Below are positions 51,946 through 61,502 of a DNA stretch of 64,000 nucleotides, piece after piece. Position numbers and translations under genes: made by a program. The notes under the pieces were generated by a model. The model did no database searches. It was given only the letters and a program-made list of their open reading frames with translations, and was not told the origin of the DNA. The number at the start of each line of letters is the position of its first letter. Within the stretch, counting starts at the first letter, position 1. Source of the DNA: Opitutales bacterium (GTDB taxonomy: Bacteria > Verrucomicrobiota > Verrucomicrobiia > Opitutales > UBA953); the NCBI GenBank assembly GCA_040398005.1, contig JBBAUX010000002.1, forward strand, positions 1 through 64,000, given 5' to 3'.

Positions 51946-52569
51946 ATGACCCGTTTAGAGCGAGCCAACTACGTGGCCAAAAACTTAGCTAAACTCTATC
52001 CGGAAACCCCCATCCCGTTGGATCACTCTGACCCCTTTACCTTGCTGGTGGCGGTGGTCTTATCCGCCCAGTGTACCGACAAGAAAGTGAACGAAGTTAC
52101 TCCCGCGCTTTTTCGTTTGGCCTCCACGCCCCAAAAGATGGCTATGTTAAAAGTCGAACAGGTCTATCAGGCCATTCGTCAGTTAGGTCTGGCCCCGCAA
52201 AAATCGAAAGCACTTGTGGGTTTGGCCAAATTGATTGTCGAGAAGCATGACGGACGGGTGCCTCGGACTTTTGAAGAGTTAGAGGAATTGCCAGGCGTCG
52301 GACATAAAACGGCCTCCGTCGTGATGGCTCAGGCTTTTGGCGTTCCTGCTTTCCCCGTGGATACGCACATTCATCGATTGGCCAAAAGATGGAAATTGAG
52401 TGTCGGTAAATCGGTCGAACAGGTTGAACGTGACCTCAAAAAAGTCTTTCCGGAAAAAGAATGGAACAAACTGCACTTAAGAATCATTTTTTACGGCAGA
52501 GAATATTGTACCGCTCGCGGGTGCGACGGCAAAACTTGTCCGATTTGTTTAGAGCTCAGAAAAAACTAA
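51946..52569 (+). CDS. nth: Endonuclease III
   Basis: LSAQCTD, HhH LPGVGHKTA, PVDTHIHR, C-terminal 4-Cys cluster. Confidence 0.93.
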   Translation: MTRLERANYVAKNLAKLYPETPIPLDHSDPFTLLVAVVLSAQCTDKKVNEVTPALFRLASTPQKMAMLKVEQVYQAIRQLGLAPQKSKALVGLAKLIVEKHDGRVPRTFEELEELPGVGHKTASVVMAQAFGVPAFPVDTHIHRLAKRWKLSVGKSVEQVERDLKKVFPEKEWNKLHLRIIFYGREYCTARGCDGKTCPICLELRKN

Positions 52570-53006
52570 CCGAGCAGGGCTTCGTGCTTGGCCCTAAATT
52601 CGTCGCTCCATTCTGATGGCTGATGCGTGATGGCATCCATCCGACAAACGGTGCGTGCAGCTTTAGCATAAAGAAGGCTATGGTCGGCACTGCGAAATTC
52701 GAAATCAACCGTCAGTCCTGCGGCGCGAACTTTCTTAACCCGCTGAATGATTTTTACTTCGCATTCCGGCTTAATGGGTTGCAGGTATTGAACCTGTAAA
52801 TCGCGGACGACTACGTAAACATCAGGCGCGACCGCGGGGTCGATCGTGTCTTTACCCATTAAACTCACAAAGAAGATTTTCTGAGCCCGCTCCATCATGA
52901 GAACATAATGGGAGTGGTGCAAAATGCCGAGTCCGTCGGTTTGATCGAACCAAGTCTTCATCAAGACTACAAAGGTTTTGTCAGATTGAAGTCCGGTCGA
53001 AGTCAT
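52566..53006 (-). CDS. Acyl-CoA thioesterase (YbgC/4HBT hotdog fold)
   Basis: TDGLGILHHSHY..MER motif; 146 aa. Confidence 0.8.
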   Translation of the reverse strand: MTSTGLQSDKTFVVLMKTWFDQTDGLGILHHSHYVLMMERAQKIFFVSLMGKDTIDPAVAPDVYVVVRDLQVQYLQPIKPECEVKIIQRVKKVRAAGLTVDFEFRSADHSLLYAKAARTVCRMDAITHQPSEWSDEFRAKHEALLG

Positions 53007-53049
53007 GAGAGAGAGGTGAGTGATTTATCGAGAAGGGCAAGCCTTAGAC

Positions 53050-54048
53050 TTATTTTGATTTACGATAGGTCAGGGCGAGGGCGTCTAAAGCCGTCCAGGT
53101 ATTGTGTGAGGGTTTTAAGCCTAAGTCTTTTTGTGCTGCCGAAACATCGAACCAATGATCCTTGGCTAATTCTACTGCGACAAATCGGGTCATCGGTGGC
53201 TCGCCTTTAAGTTTAAACAGCGTCCAAATCGTTTCCAAAACTGTACCTAAGAAGTAGGCTTTGCGTAGCGAAATTCTTTGGGTAACGGGTTTGATGTCGG
53301 CGCCGACGAGTAGACGATTCACAAATTCCCAAAGTTTTACGGGAGTACCTTGTGAAATAAAATAAGCCTTACCATTAGCATTTCCGTCGAGTAGCGCATC
53401 AAGTGCTTGCAGGTGAACACTGGCTGCAGTGTCGACGTGCGTCACGTCTACTTTATTATTTCCGTCGCCGACGATTTTAAGTTTTCCACTGCGTGCACTC
53501 GCGATGATTCTTGGAAATAAATGATGATCGCCTGGGCCCCAGATTAAATGGGGTCGCAGAGCACAAACGCGTAAATGGGGTGAGGCTGCCTTTAAAACTA
53601 TTTTTTCGGCGGCGGCTTTGGTTTCCGCATAAGCACAGAGCCAGTTTCTGCCATAGGGAAGTTCCTCGTTCGCACCGTTGAAAGATCCGCCTGTAAAAAC
53701 GACGCTTGGTGTACTCGTGTAAACAAAGGCTTTAACTTCAAGCACTCGGGCCGCCGTGATTAAATGATGCGTGCCCGTGATATTGGATTCTACGTAGTCT
53801 TCCCATTTTCCCCAAATGCCTGCTTTGGCAGCGACGTGAAAAATGTAATCACAACCGGTAACGGCCGCTTGCACGAATTTCTGGTCAGGCAGATTTCCCT
53901 GACGAAAATCGACTTGGTCGGCGATGGACTTCGGCAGGGGTTGACGTCCAATCACGCGCACCTCGTAACCGCGCAAGAGACAGCGTTCAACGATGGCTTG
54001 GCCCAAGAAACCGCCGCCACCAGTGACTAGTACGCAGGGTTTTTTCAT
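53050..54048 (-). CDS. oleD: OleD-like 2-alkyl-3-oxoalkanoate reductase (3-beta-HSD-type SDR)
   Basis: LVTGGGGFLG, FHVAAKAGIWG, YTSTPSVVF, YAETK, LRPHLIWGPGD; overlaps oleC stop. Confidence 0.82.
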   Translation of the reverse strand: MKKPCVLVTGGGGFLGQAIVERCLLRGYEVRVIGRQPLPKSIADQVDFRQGNLPDQKFVQAAVTGCDYIFHVAAKAGIWGKWEDYVESNITGTHHLITAARVLEVKAFVYTSTPSVVFTGGSFNGANEELPYGRNWLCAYAETKAAAEKIVLKAASPHLRVCALRPHLIWGPGDHHLFPRIIASARSGKLKIVGDGNNKVDVTHVDTAASVHLQALDALLDGNANGKAYFISQGTPVKLWEFVNRLLVGADIKPVTQRISLRKAYFLGTVLETIWTLFKLKGEPPMTRFVAVELAKDHWFDVSAAQKDLGLKPSHNTWTALDALALTYRKSK

Positions 54049-55712
54049 GAAAGCTTTTTAATTTCTCGGCGAAGTTTTTGATTCCATTCGCGGGTGAGTT
54101 GTAGTCGATGAATTTTGGCGTTATGTCTGACGTCGACCGGAAGTTTTTCTTGAAAGACGATTCTCTTAACTTGGTTGGCGATGGGATGGAGGCGAGTGAT
54201 TTCCCAGAGGCTTTCGGTGAATTTTATGATTTCACCACGAGACTCAGGAAAACAATCGGGTTTGGGTTCGACGACTAAAACCGGGATTTGATTAGGGGCA
54301 TTGCCAATGCCAATAAGAGCGCAACGAGCTACGTCAGGATGTTGTTGAAACGCTGGTTCAACCGATTCAGTGGTAAGAATACTTTTGGCGGTGATTACTT
54401 TTTCGATGCAGCGACCATGGAACCAGAGTTGTCCGTCGTGATCTAATCTTCCTAAATCACCCATGCGATGCCAGAGCTCGGCCTCACCGTTTATTTTTGT
54501 CCGTAGGGTGGCCTCAGGATTATGATCATAGGCATGGGTGACGCTCGGCCCAGTGACAATGATTTCGCCGATTGTATTGGGCGCGTAAATGGTAGCATCG
54601 CTAAGATTCCGAATGACGTCGCTCGTCTCTTGTATAATTTTAACTCTTACTGACGCTACGGGTTTGCCGACGCAGGTTCCTTGTCCGCGTAGTGTTTCAG
54701 CAAAAGTTTCGGTGAGAATTTCGTGCGACTCGATGCTCGATACAGGCAGGCATTCGGTGGCGCCGTAGGGTGTGTGAATTTGGCAATGCGGTGCGATTTT
54801 TTTTAGTTGTTTTAAGAGCGGAATCGACACCGGTGCACCCGCAATCAAAAGTCGTTTCAACAATGGCAGGCTGATTTTTTGGTCTTCGCAGTACTGGGCA
54901 ATTTTTCCCCAAATGGCGGGCGATCCGAACGATGAGGTTACTTTCTCTGAGAGTAATGCAGACACAAGCAGTGCGGGATTCGCATCAGCGGGGCGAGAGG
55001 GATCGAGGAGTGGGGTGACGGTCGTTACGCCGAGAGCAGGATTAAATAATCCAAACACGGGAAGCATCGCCATATCGACTTCGCCCGGTTGAATTTGATA
55101 GGTTTTACGAACGAGGGAAATTTGCGCGTCGAACATACCATGTGTGTAGCGAACGCCTTTAGGTGTTCCCGTGGAACCAGAAGTAAAAATAATCGCGGCG
55201 AGACTGGAGGCGGTGACAGGTTCGAGTGGTCGGACCGTGGAGGTTGAACAGTCGCTCAGTAATTTATTCCAGGAACGTCCGCCCACTTTAATGCGGAAGT
55301 GAAGTGACTTAAATGCTTTGAATGGAAGATAGCTTAAGTAAAAAGGTTTAGACAGGGCGACGAGTGCGGTGGGAGTGGTATTTTCGATGCACGGTAACAT
55401 TTTTTTCCAGCCCATACCGGGATCGATAGCGATGGGAATGGCTCCCAATTTTAGAAGTCCAAACATGCACACGATAAGGTCATGCCCTGGGCGCACGGCG
55501 AGTAATGTGCGGGTGCCTGCGGTGATACCTTCTGCATGAAAAATTCGTGCGGCTGCATCGCTTTCTTGATCAAGTTTTAAAAACGAACACCAGTCGTGAA
55601 TCACTCGGCCATCTTCGTTCACAGACAGTGGTGACAGCGTCGCAATCGCTTGGGGGTTGTTCAGCGCGGCATGGCGAAGGTGTCTGGCGACGTTGCTACT
55701 CGTATCGTTCAT
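54045..55712 (-). CDS. oleC: OleC-like beta-lactone synthetase (AMP-dependent ligase)
   Basis: IDPGMG, FTSGSTGTPKG, SFGSPAIW, TPYGATECLPV, WHRMGD, PVDVRHNAKI. Confidence 0.85.
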   Translation of the reverse strand: MNDTSSNVARHLRHAALNNPQAIATLSPLSVNEDGRVIHDWCSFLKLDQESDAAARIFHAEGITAGTRTLLAVRPGHDLIVCMFGLLKLGAIPIAIDPGMGWKKMLPCIENTTPTALVALSKPFYLSYLPFKAFKSLHFRIKVGGRSWNKLLSDCSTSTVRPLEPVTASSLAAIIFTSGSTGTPKGVRYTHGMFDAQISLVRKTYQIQPGEVDMAMLPVFGLFNPALGVTTVTPLLDPSRPADANPALLVSALLSEKVTSSFGSPAIWGKIAQYCEDQKISLPLLKRLLIAGAPVSIPLLKQLKKIAPHCQIHTPYGATECLPVSSIESHEILTETFAETLRGQGTCVGKPVASVRVKIIQETSDVIRNLSDATIYAPNTIGEIIVTGPSVTHAYDHNPEATLRTKINGEAELWHRMGDLGRLDHDGQLWFHGRCIEKVITAKSILTTESVEPAFQQHPDVARCALIGIGNAPNQIPVLVVEPKPDCFPESRGEIIKFTESLWEITRLHPIANQVKRIVFQEKLPVDVRHNAKIHRLQLTREWNQKLRREIKKLS

Positions 55713-55726
55713 TTTCCTATCAATGA

Positions 55727-55750
55727 AGAAGCCCCGAAATCGGGGCTTCT
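55727..55750. terminator. Perfect 10-bp hairpin between lipoprotein gene and oleC
   Basis: AGAAGCCCCG-AAAT-CGGGGCTTCT. Confidence 0.6.
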
Positions 55751-55771
55751 GCAAGAGGACACTTTACCGAT

Positions 55772-56035
55772 TTAGTAATCGGTGAGGGTGATGGCACCCC
55801 AAAGAAGAGTGACGCGGTCGCCCGAATTGGCGCGGCGAGAGTAGAAGTCGTCCATTTTTAAACGAACGGTAGAATTATTGATGGCGCCGTAGGAGCCGGG
55901 TTCTACTTTAACAATGCCGAGGAAATTATGAGCGGGTTCCATGGATACGTTTTTTCCGTGGTTAGGTGTATCATAGCTACTGCAACCAACCATAGCGGCA
56001 GAGGCGATGAGAGTTAAAAGAGCGATTTGCTTCAT
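55772..56035 (-). CDS. Small hypothetical lipoprotein
   Basis: MKQIALLTLIASAAMVGC signal peptide/lipobox; 87 aa. Confidence 0.7.
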   Translation of the reverse strand: MKQIALLTLIASAAMVGCSSYDTPNHGKNVSMEPAHNFLGIVKVEPGSYGAINNSTVRLKMDDFYSRRANSGDRVTLLWGAITLTDY

Positions 56036-56087
56036 AGGGGTGTGTCTTATTTGGGGTAACCTTGGGCGGGTAGACAAGCCAGAAACC

Positions 56088-56942
56088 TCAAGAATTTACC
56101 CACAAATGCCAAGCGGTGACTAATTCAGTACCCCGAAAGAACCAAAGGGCTGCTGCAATAGCCATACTCGGCACAAAGGGGACGCTTTCGGACTCTTTTT
56201 TGGGTCCAAAGAGGGCCAAAACGGAGGGTAATTTTATGATAACGCCGATGACCGATCCCCCGAACAAACAAAATAGTGCACCTTGCCATCCGCAGAAAGC
56301 ACCCACGCCCGCACAGAGAATGATGTCCGCTTCGCCCATCGCTTCTTGGCCCATGATAACGCTGGCGATGGTCCGAATCCACCAAACGAGTGCCGTTCCC
56401 ACCGCGATTCCGATGAGTGAGTCGGACGCCGAATTGATCCGATTTATAATTTCCAGACCCGAACCCGTTTCGCCGTGGAGTGAGGGAGCGATAACGGAAA
56501 AGAATAGTCCTAGTCCCACTAATAAAAAATTAGGCGCGTCGGGCACGAGCATTTCCTGCATGTCGCATCCCGCTAAAATAATTAACAGAGAAAGAAAGAC
56601 GCAACCAATGGCGGCTTTCACCGGGGAAAGAACGAGAAAGGCCGTTACGAAAAGCAGGGCAGTGATTAATTCAACCAGCGGATACTGTATTGAAATCCTC
56701 GCCTCACAACATTTCGCCCGACCTCGGAGCAGCAGCCAACCGAACAAAGGTATATTAAACCAGACCGGTATTTTTTGGCCGCAGGCACAACGCGAGGGTG
56801 GACTGATAATCGATTCACCTTTGGGCAGACGGTGAATGCAGACGTTTAAGAAACTTCCCACGCAGGCACCAATCGCTCCGATAAAAACTGCCGTGATGCT
56901 CGGATGGAGTGCCATGAAGATTTGGAAATCAATGAGCTGCAT
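56088..56942 (-). CDS. Prepilin peptidase (A24, PilD-like)
   Basis: GSFLNVCIHRLP, SRCAC, NIP..GW..LRGRAKCC, YPLVEL, MGEAD, PFVP. Confidence 0.9.
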   Translation of the reverse strand: MQLIDFQIFMALHPSITAVFIGAIGACVGSFLNVCIHRLPKGESIISPPSRCACGQKIPVWFNIPLFGWLLLRGRAKCCEARISIQYPLVELITALLFVTAFLVLSPVKAAIGCVFLSLLIILAGCDMQEMLVPDAPNFLLVGLGLFFSVIAPSLHGETGSGLEIINRINSASDSLIGIAVGTALVWWIRTIASVIMGQEAMGEADIILCAGVGAFCGWQGALFCLFGGSVIGVIIKLPSVLALFGPKKESESVPFVPSMAIAAALWFFRGTELVTAWHLWVNS

Positions 56943-56943
56943 G

Positions 56944-57822
56944 TTATTTTTCTCCGAGCGCTGCGCGCATGGGTTCGTGGGGAGGAGTTATACCTGTCCA
57001 AAGTTTAAAAGCGAGCGCACCTTGCCAGCGTAACATTGATCGTCCATCGCAAGATTTGACCCCTAGTTTATCGGCTGTTTTGATTAAAGAGGTTTCATGG
57101 GCACCGTAAGTAGTATCAAAAATAAATCCGGCATTCTTTAAAAGTGATTCGGCTAAAGGTAATTCATCGTCGGACTTAAGGCCCAAGGTGGTGCAGTTTA
57201 CGATAATCGTACCGGATGGAATGGTGCCGATTTCTTTTAGGCCAATGGCGGAAACTCTTGGGTCGTTTAAAGCCTTAACTAAGTTTTCAGCTTTAGTGAT
57301 ATCGCGGTTGGCAATCATCAGGCTGCGACAGTTAGCCTGAATACACGCTGCGGCAATCGCGCGGGACGCTCCACCGGCTCCAAGAATCATGACATCTTTT
57401 TGTTCTACGCCGCTCCCGGAGTATTCCTTCAGCGCTTCGAGAAAACCTTGTCCATCAGTCGTATGTCCAGCCCAGCCGTCTGGCGTGGGCACTAAGGTGT
57501 TAACCGATTCAGCTTTTTTGGCTTCAGGTGATAAACTTTTCACTAAACCCAACGCCGCAATTTTATGCGGAACGGTTAAGTTGAGTCCGATAAAATTTTT
57601 AGCCCGCAGAACCGTGAGTGCTTGAGCGAGTTCTTCAGATTTAATGTGTAGTCTTAAATATTTAACTGGGGAGAGTTGAGGATGGGCCGGGGCCAGCGCT
57701 TGGAGTGCGGCATGATGCATCGCTGGACTTAGCGAATGGCTGATGGGATCGCCGAGCACCGCTAAGCAGGGATGTGAAAAATCCATGCTCATCATTTCTT
57801 TTAATGTTATTCCTGTTTCCAC
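56944..57822 (-). CDS. aroE: Shikimate dehydrogenase
   Basis: GDPISHSLSPAMH, NLTVPHK, SVNT, GAGGAS, MLRWQG..AF. Confidence 0.93.
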   Translation of the reverse strand: METGITLKEMMSMDFSHPCLAVLGDPISHSLSPAMHHAALQALAPAHPQLSPVKYLRLHIKSEELAQALTVLRAKNFIGLNLTVPHKIAALGLVKSLSPEAKKAESVNTLVPTPDGWAGHTTDGQGFLEALKEYSGSGVEQKDVMILGAGGASRAIAAACIQANCRSLMIANRDITKAENLVKALNDPRVSAIGLKEIGTIPSGTIIVNCTTLGLKSDDELPLAESLLKNAGFIFDTTYGAHETSLIKTADKLGVKSCDGRSMLRWQGALAFKLWTGITPPHEPMRAALGEK

Positions 57823-58664
57823 GTTTTTGGGTCGCGACTTTCGATAATATTTACAAAGCTAAGGAAGAGACGACTATTTTTATCATCTCCATTGGCCTCA
57901 AATTGTGAGACTAGGTTTCGACAACAGCGAGCAATCGTTTGTTCAGCGCTGATCGGCTTTAAAAAGGCATCATCGGCAGGCAGATGGTTATTAAGTAACA
58001 TTAGCTGAATTTCGGAACGGGTTCGAAATGTTCCACCTTCATAGCAGTCGATAAAGACAGGATTATTATTTTTAAAGATGCCGACCATGAATCGTCCAGG
58101 TAAGCCAACCGGTTGGACGGGTAGACTGAGGCGCTGGGCGACGAGTAAGAAGATGAGACAAAGTGAAATAGGAATACCGCGGTGTGATTTAATGACGGTC
58201 GAAAGAAGTGATGAGTCGGGCTTAGAGAAAGATTCTTGGGCGCCGCGATAGCCTTCTTCTCCAAAAATCACACGACAGAGTATGCGACACTTATCCTGCA
58301 CCGTGACGGGCTCGGTAATGAGTTGTCTAGTCCGGTCGGCCAAATGATCCAGTTCCTCGTCGTAAGCTTTGTCGGCCAGGGTGGGGTGAATAACGCGTTC
58401 GAAAAGTAAACAGGCTTCTTCTAGATCTTGGATGCCGCCTTTAATGTGCTCAATGAAGTTACGCGTAGCCAATTCAGACGTACGTAAATTGGAGAGGAGT
58501 GACTTGGCGTGACTCGCTAAATTTTTATTTTTAGTAAGAACTTCAAGCCAGAGTAGTCCTTCATCGCCCGCGGCTTTAATTTCATTAATCACCGCTTCAC
58601 GCACCACGGGTGAAGGGTCGTCGAGCAACCTTTCAAGGACAGCAAGTTGCTTCGTCGGCTTCAT
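57807..58664 (-). CDS. SirB1/transglutaminase-like family protein
   Basis: LLDDPSP, SLLSTVI..RGIPISL, GLPGRF, R..RNL. Confidence 0.8.
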   Translation of the reverse strand: MKPTKQLAVLERLLDDPSPVVREAVINEIKAAGDEGLLWLEVLTKNKNLASHAKSLLSNLRTSELATRNFIEHIKGGIQDLEEACLLFERVIHPTLADKAYDEELDHLADRTRQLITEPVTVQDKCRILCRVIFGEEGYRGAQESFSKPDSSLLSTVIKSHRGIPISLCLIFLLVAQRLSLPVQPVGLPGRFMVGIFKNNNPVFIDCYEGGTFRTRSEIQLMLLNNHLPADDAFLKPISAEQTIARCCRNLVSQFEANGDDKNSRLFLSFVNIIESRDPKTWKQE

Positions 58665-58671
58665 TCGATTT

Positions 58672-58700
58672 AATGTATCAAAGCGTGAGCGATTTCGCAA
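58672..58700 (-). promoter_or_regulatory. Sigma70-type promoter, leaderless start
   Basis: TTGCGA, 17 nt, TACATT, 7 nt, ATG (58664) on the minus strand. Confidence 0.6.
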
Positions 58701-58722
58701 TACACGACTCTTGGGCGGTTTT

Positions 58723-58857
58723 GCGACAACTCGTCACGAGGGTGACGGGCTGTCACCCCCGTTTGACACAGAGGGTTCTTAATTAATCAATTATATGCGT
58801 TTACACCCCAAAAATTAGGGACAAACTTATAGTCAGTTGATTGGTCTAATTAGTGCA
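58723..58857 (+). promoter_or_regulatory. Putative sigma54 promoter with upstream palindromes and IHF-like site for clpB
   Basis: GCGAC-N5-GTCAC and GTGAC-N5-GTCAC (58723-56), AATCAATTATATG (58785-97), TTGG-N10-GCA (58841-57). Confidence 0.4.
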
Positions 58858-58870
58858 TAGTTTTATTTAT

Positions 58871-61471
58871 ATGAGCACACCCTACGGAAATCTGACGGAT
58901 AAAACTACGGAAGCTTTACAACTCTCACAGAGTGATGTCGTTCAACGTCGCCACGCTACGATCGAACCTGCCCACATTCTTTTTAGTCTCATGACTCAAG
59001 AGGGTGGAGTTGTCTCGGCTCTCTTACGTCGCGCCAATAAAGAAGAAAAAACCATCCTCTCGGCCTTGGCTGGGATTTTAGCCCGTCAGCCCAAATTGGC
59101 TCAGCCCAATGCTCAGCCTGGATTATCCACGGAATCTCAATCGGTTTTATTAAAAGCCAAAGAAGAGGCTGCGACGATGAAAGATGATTATGTTTCCGCC
59201 GAACACGTCCTGTTGGCTTTGGCCGAATCATCTTCTTTAAGCCCGATTTTCAAAGAAATTAATTTTGGTAAAGCTGCCATCATGACTGCTTTGAAAGCCG
59301 TCCGTGGATCGCAGCGCGTGACCACTGCGAATCCCGAAGCCACCTACGAAGCACTCAGTAAATACGGTATTAATCTAACCGAACGGGCCAGTTCAGGTAA
59401 AATGGATCCCGTCATTGGTCGAGATGAAGAAATCCGCCGCGTCATCCGCATTCTTTCTCGTCGCACCAAAAATAATCCTGTTTTAATTGGTGAACCTGGC
59501 GTCGGTAAAACCGCCGTGGTCGAAGGCCTGGCTCAACGTATTATTAGTGGCGATGTCCCTGAGGGCTTAAAAAACAAAGTGATATTTTCTTTAGACATGG
59601 GATCGCTTCTGGCGGGTGCTAAATATCGCGGTGAATTTGAAGAGCGCCTGAAAGCTGTTTTAGCAGAAGTTAAATCGGCCGAAGGTGGAATTCTCCTTTT
59701 TATCGACGAGATGCACACTCTAGTAGGAGCCGGAAAAGCGGATGGTGCGATGGACGCGGCGAACTTACTTAAACCGATGTTGGCTCGCGGTGAATTGCAT
59801 TGTATCGGAGCGACGACACTGGATGAGTTTCGTCAGCACGTGGAAAAAGATGCGGCTCTGGAACGTCGATTCCAACAAGTCATGGTCGAGCCTCCGAGTG
59901 TGCCCGACACGGTTTCTATTTTACGCGGATTGAAAGAACGCTTTGAAGTTCACCATGGTGTGAAGATCGAAGATGCTGCTTTGGTCGAAGCGGCTGTCTT
60001 GTCGGATCGCTACATCACATCGCGATTTTTACCCGATAAAGCGATTGATTTGGTTGATGAAGCCTGTGCCCAGATTCGTACGGAAATCGACAGTGTACCC
60101 GCTGAATTAGATGTTATAAATCGAAATGTTTTAAGACTAGAGGTTGAAGAATCGGCTCTTAAAAATGAAAAAGACGACGCTTCAAAAGCTCGCTTAGGTG
60201 GACTAAAAAAAGAATTAGCTGAAGCGGGTGAATCTCAACGGATGATGCGTAATCGCTGGGAGTCGGATAAAGCTGCCGTGACTAAGGTGCGGGCCGCCCG
60301 CGAACAACTGGATAATGCCCGTCGCGAAATGACTGATGCCGAAAGAAAAAATGACCTTAACACCATGGCGGCACTCCGCCACGGCCGTATTCCTCAATTA
60401 GAAAAAGATGTCGCGACGCTTGAGCAGTCTGCCAAAACCGGCACGGGTCTGTTTAGGGAAGTTGTAACGCCAGAAGAAATTGCTGAAGTCGTAGCGCGGT
60501 GGACGGGCGTACCAATCACCCGACTACTGGCCTCCGAACGCGAGAAACTTTTGCAACTCACTGCGCATCTTCAAGAGCGTGTGGTAGGACAAAAAGAAGC
60601 TGTTTTAGCAGTCGCAGATGCGGTGCAACGTTCACGTGCGGGTGTGCAAGATCCGCGCCGCCCCGTGGGATCATTCATATTTCTTGGGCCCACCGGTGTG
60701 GGTAAAACAGAGTTAGCCAAGGCCTTAGCGGTCGAACTCTTCGACAACGAAAAGTCGATGATTCGCATCGATATGTCGGAGTACATGGAGAAGCATGCGG
60801 TATCCCGTTTAGTGGGAGCGCCTCCCGGTTACGTGGGTCACGAAGATGGAGGACAACTCACGGAAGCGATTCGTCGTCACCCTTACTGCGTTGTCTTACT
60901 CGATGAAGTTGAAAAAGCGCACCCTGATGTATTCAATATTTTATTACAGGTTTTAGATGATGGACGCTTGACCGATTCGCAAGGTCGCACGGTCGATTGT
61001 CGAAATGCAATTTTTATTATGACTTCGAATATTGGCAGTCGTCATATTGCGGCTTCGGCCGGGATGGGCGAAATGTCGGAGAATGTGAGGGAGTCGGTGA
61101 TGGCTGATTTGCGTCAGCATTTCCGCCCCGAGTTTCTTAATCGCGTCGATGACGTCGTTCTCTTCCATTCCTTGGGCATTGAAGAGGTCGCCGCTATCGC
61201 CGGATTGTTAATCAGGGATCTCAACGCTCGTTTAGCGGCGAAACGGATTCGATTAGTCTTAGATAAAAAGGTTCTACAGTGGTTAGCTGATCGCGGATTG
61301 GATCCCGTGTATGGGGCTCGTCCGTTACGTCGATTTATCCAACGTGAAATTGAAACCCCACTGGCTAAAGAAATTTTAGCGGGGCAGATTTTGGATGGGT
61401 CCTCGGTCAAAGTGACACTGAAAGACGCTCACGTGGCCTTTGAATCTAAAGTCGGTGGGTTTTCGGATTGA
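58871..61471 (+). CDS. clpB: Chaperone ClpB
   Basis: Two AAA+ modules ([16 protein letters not shown]) with long coiled-coil M-domain; no ClpP-docking loop seen. Confidence 0.95.
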   Translation: MSTPYGNLTDKTTEALQLSQSDVVQRRHATIEPAHILFSLMTQEGGVVSALLRRANKEEKTILSALAGILARQPKLAQPNAQPGLSTESQSVLLKAKEEAATMKDDYVSAEHVLLALAESSSLSPIFKEINFGKAAIMTALKAVRGSQRVTTANPEATYEALSKYGINLTERASSGKMDPVIGRDEEIRRVIRILSRRTKNNPVLIGEPGVGKTAVVEGLAQRIISGDVPEGLKNKVIFSLDMGSLLAGAKYRGEFEERLKAVLAEVKSAEGGILLFIDEMHTLVGAGKADGAMDAANLLKPMLARGELHCIGATTLDEFRQHVEKDAALERRFQQVMVEPPSVPDTVSILRGLKERFEVHHGVKIEDAALVEAAVLSDRYITSRFLPDKAIDLVDEACAQIRTEIDSVPAELDVINRNVLRLEVEESALKNEKDDASKARLGGLKKELAEAGESQRMMRNRWESDKAAVTKVRAAREQLDNARREMTDAERKNDLNTMAALRHGRIPQLEKDVATLEQSAKTGTGLFREVVTPEEIAEVVARWTGVPITRLLASEREKLLQLTAHLQERVVGQKEAVLAVADAVQRSRAGVQDPRRPVGSFIFLGPTGVGKTELAKALAVELFDNEKSMIRIDMSEYMEKHAVSRLVGAPPGYVGHEDGGQLTEAIRRHPYCVVLLDEVEKAHPDVFNILLQVLDDGRLTDSQGRTVDCRNAIFIMTSNIGSRHIAASAGMGEMSENVRESVMADLRQHFRPEFLNRVDDVVLFHSLGIEEVAAIAGLLIRDLNARLAAKRIRLVLDKKVLQWLADRGLDPVYGARPLRRFIQREIETPLAKEILAGQILDGSSVKVTLKDAHVAFESKVGGFSD

Positions 61472-61502
61472 AGGTTGGCCGTAGTCCGTAAATCTTCGCC
61501 TT

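Noticed and set aside
56116..56835. 239-aa antisense ORF opposite the prepilin peptidase, and other shadow ORFs (e.g. 17346-17900, 22305-22853, 27430-27984)
   Set aside because: Lie wholly antisense to well-supported genes and have no motifs.
56088..56942. Prepilin peptidase as marker of a pilus/T2SS locus
   Set aside because: No pilin, ATPase or secretin genes nearby; isolated pilD-like genes in housekeeping operons are common.
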